Source of the DNA: Anolis carolinensis
Taxonomy: Eukaryota
Assembly: GCF_035594765.1 (NCBI RefSeq)
Contig: NC_085841.1
Location: 211,862,155 to 211,926,154, forward strand
Length of the DNA stretch: 64,000 nt
Direction of reading: 5' to 3'
In this document: one piece after another, positions 58,701-64,000 of the stretch
How positions within the stretch are numbered: the first letter of the stretch is position 1
Layout of the letters: the number at the start of each line of letters is the position of its first letter
Made by a program: the position numbers and the translations under genes
The notes under the pieces: model-generated
Told to the model about the DNA's origin: nothing
Seen by the model: the letters and a program-made list of their open reading frames with translations, nothing else
Database searches by the model: none

Positions 58701-61700
58701 TTGTACCATTGTTGAACTAAAGTGAATGAACTATTTTCTTTTCTACTTAAAGACATAACTGAATTGTGCATATTTTTGAGTTCATTAAAGGGGGCTGAAA
58801 TTTCTTTAACAGGATATGGGCATGCTTCCGCAAACTGCTATGACTAATCTAACAAGTTTGCTTTTGCCTGATCCGACCGGGAAGAGAAAAAGTCCACTCA
58901 CTCTTCTCCTTGCTGCGGAGTTAATTGAGCGAAAACTGCTTTTGCACTGCAAACTTAGTTTGGAGCAACTGAAGTAAGCTGAAGACAAAGGGGATAAAGA
59001 CATTTTTAAAACATCTGAAAGGTAGGATACTATAAGATTAATTGGGACTCTCAATTCCAAACTGGGAAGGCTCTGCCTTTTAGGTGAGAATAGTGTCTGA
59101 AACCCTAGGGAACTTTAGAAAGATCTTACAATGTAGTACCATAGATACCATTCAAAGAGAAAGGGCAATGAAAAGGTTGTTCTCCTGTAGCAGGTCTCTT
59201 GTGACGTGAGATGGACTTAGGAGGGAGGCTTTCCTTTCTGGCACACATTTAGGGCATACAAGAAAGTCACTGCTCAGTTTGGACCACTGCTGCTAAATTA
59301 TCAACGTACTCTTCCTTTTGCTTTATATTTTGAGTTCCTGTCATGGTCAGTTAGATGTCAGTTTAAATGGCTAAAAAGGGATTTTAGACACCTGTATCAA
59401 TGGGCCAGGCACATGGAGTTGGAAGAGACCAGAAGGGCCATACAATCCAACCTCTTGGCTTTCAATGTCACATCAAGACTCTAGACCAGTTTGGGGGCTG
59501 ATGGGCCTACCCTATGTCCAGGCAATGGGAGAGGTTTATGTTATTTGAACATCTTGGGGTGTGCTCCAGACTAAGTGGGCAAATAATTGGTTAGTGGTCA
59601 GACTAATTAGCAGTGACTAAATTCTTGCCCTATGCTATGCCCGATTTGTCTAATCTGCAGCCAAATAAAAATTGCCAATTTTATTTCAAGGAACTGGACT
59701 GTGTGTGATTATTTCCTCCTTCATTTTGCTGCCCAGTAGGTCCTGAGAACAACAGTGGGGACTGGTTCAGAGGGAAGTAGAAGGAGGAGAAGAAGAAGAA
59801 GGTACTGCTGTGCATCAGAGAGGCAGCCATCTCCTCCTGGATCCAGAGAGAAAGAGTTCTTCCATCAGCAGAGATACTAAGCTAGATTCTGGCCAGATCA
59901 GCAACACTAGAAAAAGCTTTGGTTAATTTGACTTCCTCTTAGATGAACTGCCACATCAAAACAACAACAGCACGTTAAAATTCATTAGTATTTATTTACT
60001 ATACATTTCTGGAGCTTGTTTCCCAAAGGTACCTAATCCATTTGAACATATTTTACAGGAATTGAAAAAAATGTGCTGAGGATCTGCATTCTTTTGCTAT
60101 AAAATGCAATTTTCCTAACTCTTTACATTTTGGTAGGTTTTATCTGCACAAAATATTCTGCTCCTAGCTAATAATGTGTTGCCACCTATAACTCATTTTC
60201 ACCTTTTTTTGGATTTGGTATCTTTTGGAAACATACTCCACATTTTTGTAGATGAAAATGTATGTATTTAGAAAACCTGGATCTATGGAATGACCTGGTT
60301 TTGGCGTAGGTGCTGTGGAAGTAGCTGATAAATGAGATGGCGACAACATCTTTTCTATTGTTAGAGATGGCAGAGGTGGGGGTGGCAGCGAAGATGTTGA
60401 AGACAATGGCATTGCTGATGTAACTGCTGCAGGATATAATATTAGAAAGGAAAGATTTAATAGAGGTCGTTTCTTTGGTTTATGCCTTGTGCTGTTAGGA
60501 GCCTGATGGTGAGAATACTTACCTTTGTTATTAATTGGAGCCAAGAAGGAGAGACTTTCTCCATCTGATCCCACCTCATAGTTCTCAGTAAATATTCCAG
60601 GTGATTCTTTGTCCTGAAACAAAATTTAGTTCTGCTAATGTGACTTTTCCATCAGTAAATATTGTTCTCGGTATTATTTGGACAATTATTAGATTCCCTT
60701 CCATTTTGCTTCCACCATTAAATTGCCACCTGTGACTACAATGTCAAGATAAAAAATAGTATGCAGGTCTAAAAATACTGAAGTGGTTTTACTATAACTC
60801 TACATAGCTCCAATCAGGTGATTTTGAGCTTCCAAAATTGTTGGTATTAACTTTGTCCCGTTATTAACATTAACCAGAACCAAATACAGTAGTCTCACTT
60901 ATCCAAGCCTTGCTTATCCAAGCCTCTGGATTATCCAAGCCATTTTTGTAGTCAATGTTTTCAATATATCGTGATATTTTGGTGCTAAATTTGTAAATAC
61001 AGTAATTAAAACATAACATTACTGGGTACTGAACTACTTTTTCTGTCAAATTTGTTGTATAACACGATGTTTTGGTGCTTAATTTGTAAATCATAACCTA
61101 ATTTGATGTTTAGTAGTCTTTTCCTTAATCCCTCCTTATAATATCCAAGATATTCGCTTATCCAAGCTTCTGCCAGCCCGTTTAGCTTGGATAAGTGAGA
61201 CTCTACTGTAGCTTATTAAAAATATGTATTCAAAATCCTAAAACCCCTTTAATTAAAGGCCGTTATAACACTATGATTCCACTGCAACAGTTTGCAGCAT
61301 CCCAGGATTTATAGTTCAGGAGCAGTTAGAAATCTCAGACACATCTTCAGTCTTTCACCAAACTGCAAATCTATGGGATTCCACAAGATGCTGTTGAGGC
61401 ATCGAAATAGAAGGATAATGCTGTTTGTGTAGTATGAAAGGGCCCCTGGAATGAAAAGAGAATCTAATGGCAACACAATCATTGCAAATAAAGCAAAAGA
61501 ATTCAGAAAATAGCAGAAACCTAATGATTACCGGAATTAATGTTTGAGAAGGCTGGCCAGGATTTATGGAATTCTCTTTCATAGATGTTTCATATCCATT
61601 TGACCATACTGCATATCCGTTATGACTATTAGTATGTAGAATGTATTGGGAAGAACGAGATGATATTGAGTGAATAGACGGACCATTTATGCTTCCTCCA

Positions 61701-61773
61701 TTTCCAATTCGGTTATATATTAAGGCACCATGTTCATCTTCACAAAACTGGTTAACTAGTTTGGATTCCAATG
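55727..61773 (-). CDS. Collagen alpha-1(XXVIII)-like gene, 3' part (probable COL28A2 paralog); 5' part lies beyond the window
   Basis: Exons 61773-61532, 60613-60523, possibly 60426-~60295, the Kunitz exon 57875-57684 and terminal exon 55734-55727 are phase-compatible. The Kunitz sequence is the collagen XXVIII type. Confidence 0.8.
56036..56790 (-). mobile_element. Vingi/Ingi-clade LINE 3' fragment
   Basis: LDRPLTFRKHC..KVAARNNIL..YSTAEYACPVW..WKSLNRLRSGVG..C-terminal zinc knuckle. Confidence 0.8.
57684..57875 (-). CDS. COL28-like BPTI/Kunitz domain exon
   Basis: NILSPPQCKLRLDQGSCRVYIIKWYYDKQANSCAQFWYGGCDGNENRFETEEECKKTCVFFSG: six Cys in Kunitz spacing; phase 1-1; GAG|gtaaga. Confidence 0.9.
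60295..60426 (-). CDS. COL28-like Ser/Thr/Pro-rich linker exon (donor uncertain)
   Basis: Pyrimidine tract plus CAGCAG acceptor; VTSAMPLSSTSSLPPPPLPSL...TAPTPKP; weak phase-1 donors at 60295 or 60277. Confidence 0.45.
60523..60613 (-). CDS. COL28-like linker exon
   Basis: tttcag|GAC, DKESPGIFTENYEVGSDGESLSFLAPINNK; perfect AAG|gtaagt; phase 0 to 1 fits neighbours. Confidence 0.65.
60887..61208. mobile_element. Tc1/mariner MITE
   Basis: Same family as 2128-2449, TA TSD. Confidence 0.88.
61532..61773 (-). CDS. COL28-like exon: end of VWA2 region and linker
   Basis: aatag|CA, LESKLVNQFCEDEHG...QTLIP; CCG|gtaatc. Resembles the post-VWA LxxKLxxxxCED motif of collagen XXVIII. Confidence 0.75.
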
Positions 61774-62441
61774 CTATTTTTAAAAAGAAAAAGACATTGT
61801 TACTTTAGTGTACTTTGAAGCAATAATTAGAATATTATGTTCTATCTGTGCCACCGAAAACTATAATTATATATGTTAATGTATGTCTACAAAGCAAGAA
61901 GTATATCCTTGCATATAGAATGTTATGATTCTGTGCCCAACAGTGCATACATTATAGCCTAAGCATTTATTAACTCATACAGCAAGCCGAAGGATTACCA
62001 GGATTCTTCATTACAGTTAAGACAGGGATAACTCATAATTGCATTTTCAAGGGTGAAGAGTCTTTAGTTTGGGTATTAGACAGAAAACCAATAACTCTTT
62101 ATACAAGAGTGATTCATTGTTTCTGATGTACAGCAACAGAAGACCCAATGCCAGGAAAAATTTAATGTTGTAATTAGAGAAATAACCCAATTCTGCAAAT
62201 ACTGTTGCCCAGAATCAGTCTATTTCCAAATGACATGTTCAACTACCTGCTGTTCATCCCTCCAGATATCTAAATTTAATAGGGTATCATATCCGCAATG
62301 TACCCGTTGAGTATTTAACTCGGAGAAACAAAGTACATAGGACACTTGTTCTGCTTCCATATTTTATCTTGCATGACAATACCTCAGTCCTTTCCTTGTG
62401 TATGCCTTCAAGACATCTGTCAACCTATGATGACCCCATAT

Positions 62442-62674
62442 GGAGCCGTGGTGGCGCAATGGGTTAAACCCTTGTACTGGCTGAACTGCTGACCTGAAGG
62501 TTGCTGGTTCGACGGGGTGACCTGTCTGTCAGCTGTACTTTGTGGGGACATGAGAGAAGCCTCCCAACTAACACATCAAGGCATTTCCTGGGCAACGTCT
62601 CTGTAGACGGCCAATTCTTTCACACCAGAAGCGACTTGCAGTATGTTCTCAAGTCACTTATGACATGATAAAAA
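62442..62674 (+). mobile_element. Anolis-type tRNA SINE
   Basis: TSD ATGACCCCAT 62430-62439 / 62675-62684. Confidence 0.8.
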
Positions 62675-63407
62675 ATGACCCCATGCATTTAATAAGAGTT
62701 TTCTTAAGCAAGGAATACTCAGAAGTGGTTTTGAGAGTTTATGCCTCTGAAATGCAACCTACAGCAGTCAGGAGAGAATACTTCTGGAACATGGCCACAC
62801 AGCCCGAAAGACATACAACAACCCCACAACCTACAGCACTTTGCACTTTATTACAGCACAAATTCTCTCATTTTACTGAACACAAAAATTATTATCTTAA
62901 GCTAAAGTCATAAAATACAGTAGGATTTCTTCAGGTTCTAGATTTTTTAAAAAAGGCAAATCTTCTAGTTCACAGATCATATTTGCAAACAAGTTTCTCT
63001 ATTTTTGGAAGATAGATAATATTAAAAATCTAGCCGGACCAATTCCAAGCTCTTTTAGAGTTGGTACAGCACATCAGCATTCAAAAGCAATGTAACACTA
63101 AGACTTTGTCAATTAGGACAAGTAACACCCTAGATCTTATATTTCTGGTTTTCAAAAAGTAGGAACAAACGCTAAGGTTCTTATTGAAAATGTGGAAGTT
63201 TTCAAGTTGTAAAAAAGTGGGAGTTTTCAAGGCATGTACTATACATTCAAGCCTTAGACCCATGTTGATTTAGTCCTATGGAAGCAATATATCAGCATGA
63301 TTAAATTTCCCAAACCTGGGAAAAGCCCACCAAATTTTATGAACTCCCCAAAATATGGGAGCTTTTCCTCATAACAATCTTATAAAGTCACAATCAATTT
63401 AATAGCT

Positions 63408-63658
63408 TTTAAAAATCGTGTCAGAAGCAAATTAAGAACATGCTGCAATTCGCTTCTAAGGTGAGATAATTGCCTGTCTAAAAGACATTGCCCAGGGGAC
63501 GCTTGGATGTGTTACCATCCTGCTGGGAGGCTTCTTTCATGTCCCTGCATTGGAAGCTAGGGCTGACAGATGGGAGTTCACCCTGTCTCATGGATTCGAA
63601 CAGCCAACGTTCAGGTCAGCAGTTTAGCAGGCACAAGTTTTGCGCCACCGCAGCCATG
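63408..63658 (-). mobile_element. Anolis-type tRNA SINE (diverged)
   Basis: TSD AATTTAATAGCT 63396-63407 / 63659-63670. Confidence 0.8.
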
Positions 63659-64000
63659 AATTTAATAGCTGACTGCAGATTGGCAGCTAGGTTTCCATAG
63701 TCCTCGTAGAGCACTCTTCACCACCACAACATGATAACAGATAAGTAAATCTATGCATCTGTTTTGCATGTGTTATCAGCTGCTCTATATAACATACATT
63801 TCCTATATTGTATAGTCTCTATTGACTACAACTCTTCCTAGATCAGGGCAATGAAAAATAGTGCCTTCTAGATCTTTTAGAAAATGAGTTCCATAAGGCT
63901 CAGACTATGGGGCCAAAACTAAGGCCCCTTCTACACTGCCATATAAACCAGATTATCAAAACTGATAACCCAGTTTATCTGCTTTGAACTGAATTATATG

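Noticed and set aside
59740-59910. Possible extra collagen exon
   Set aside because: Acceptor-like site but no convincing frame or donor; low-complexity purine tract

Overview
Vertebrate genomic DNA, AT-rich and repeat-dense. The Sauria SINE, Anolis-type tRNA SINE, Penelope, Vingi, CR1 and MITE content points to a squamate, most likely Anolis. I rebuilt four spliced genes by hand from splice sites and reading-frame phase. (1) FASTKD1 (+): 14 coding exons, 6047-24711, 828 aa, one GC-AG intron. (2) KLHL41 (-): 6 exons, 37531-25122, 606 aa, with a muscle-type MEF2/E-box promoter. (3) BBS5 (-): 12 exons, 52780-39042, 347 aa, N-terminal poly-Ala, NRF1/RFX promoter. (4) The 3' end of a collagen XXVIII-like gene (-): post-VWA linker, Kunitz exon and a tiny terminal exon, 61773-55727. 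It sits where mammals have no such gene and is probably the COL28A2 paralog. There is one 149-nt N gap. The most notable observations are: minimal hammerhead ribozyme motifs in Penelope pseudo-LTRs beside both CpG promoters, with a compensatory base-pair change between copies; a 20-bp tandem duplication of the FASTKD1 last-exon acceptor that offers a frameshifted C-terminus; a 96-bp spacerless palindrome and a templated filler at two SINE 5' junctions; and an in-frame, stop-free 96-nt intron in the collagen gene. I found no clearly new multi-gene system. All family assignments come from recalled sequence knowledge, not database searches.
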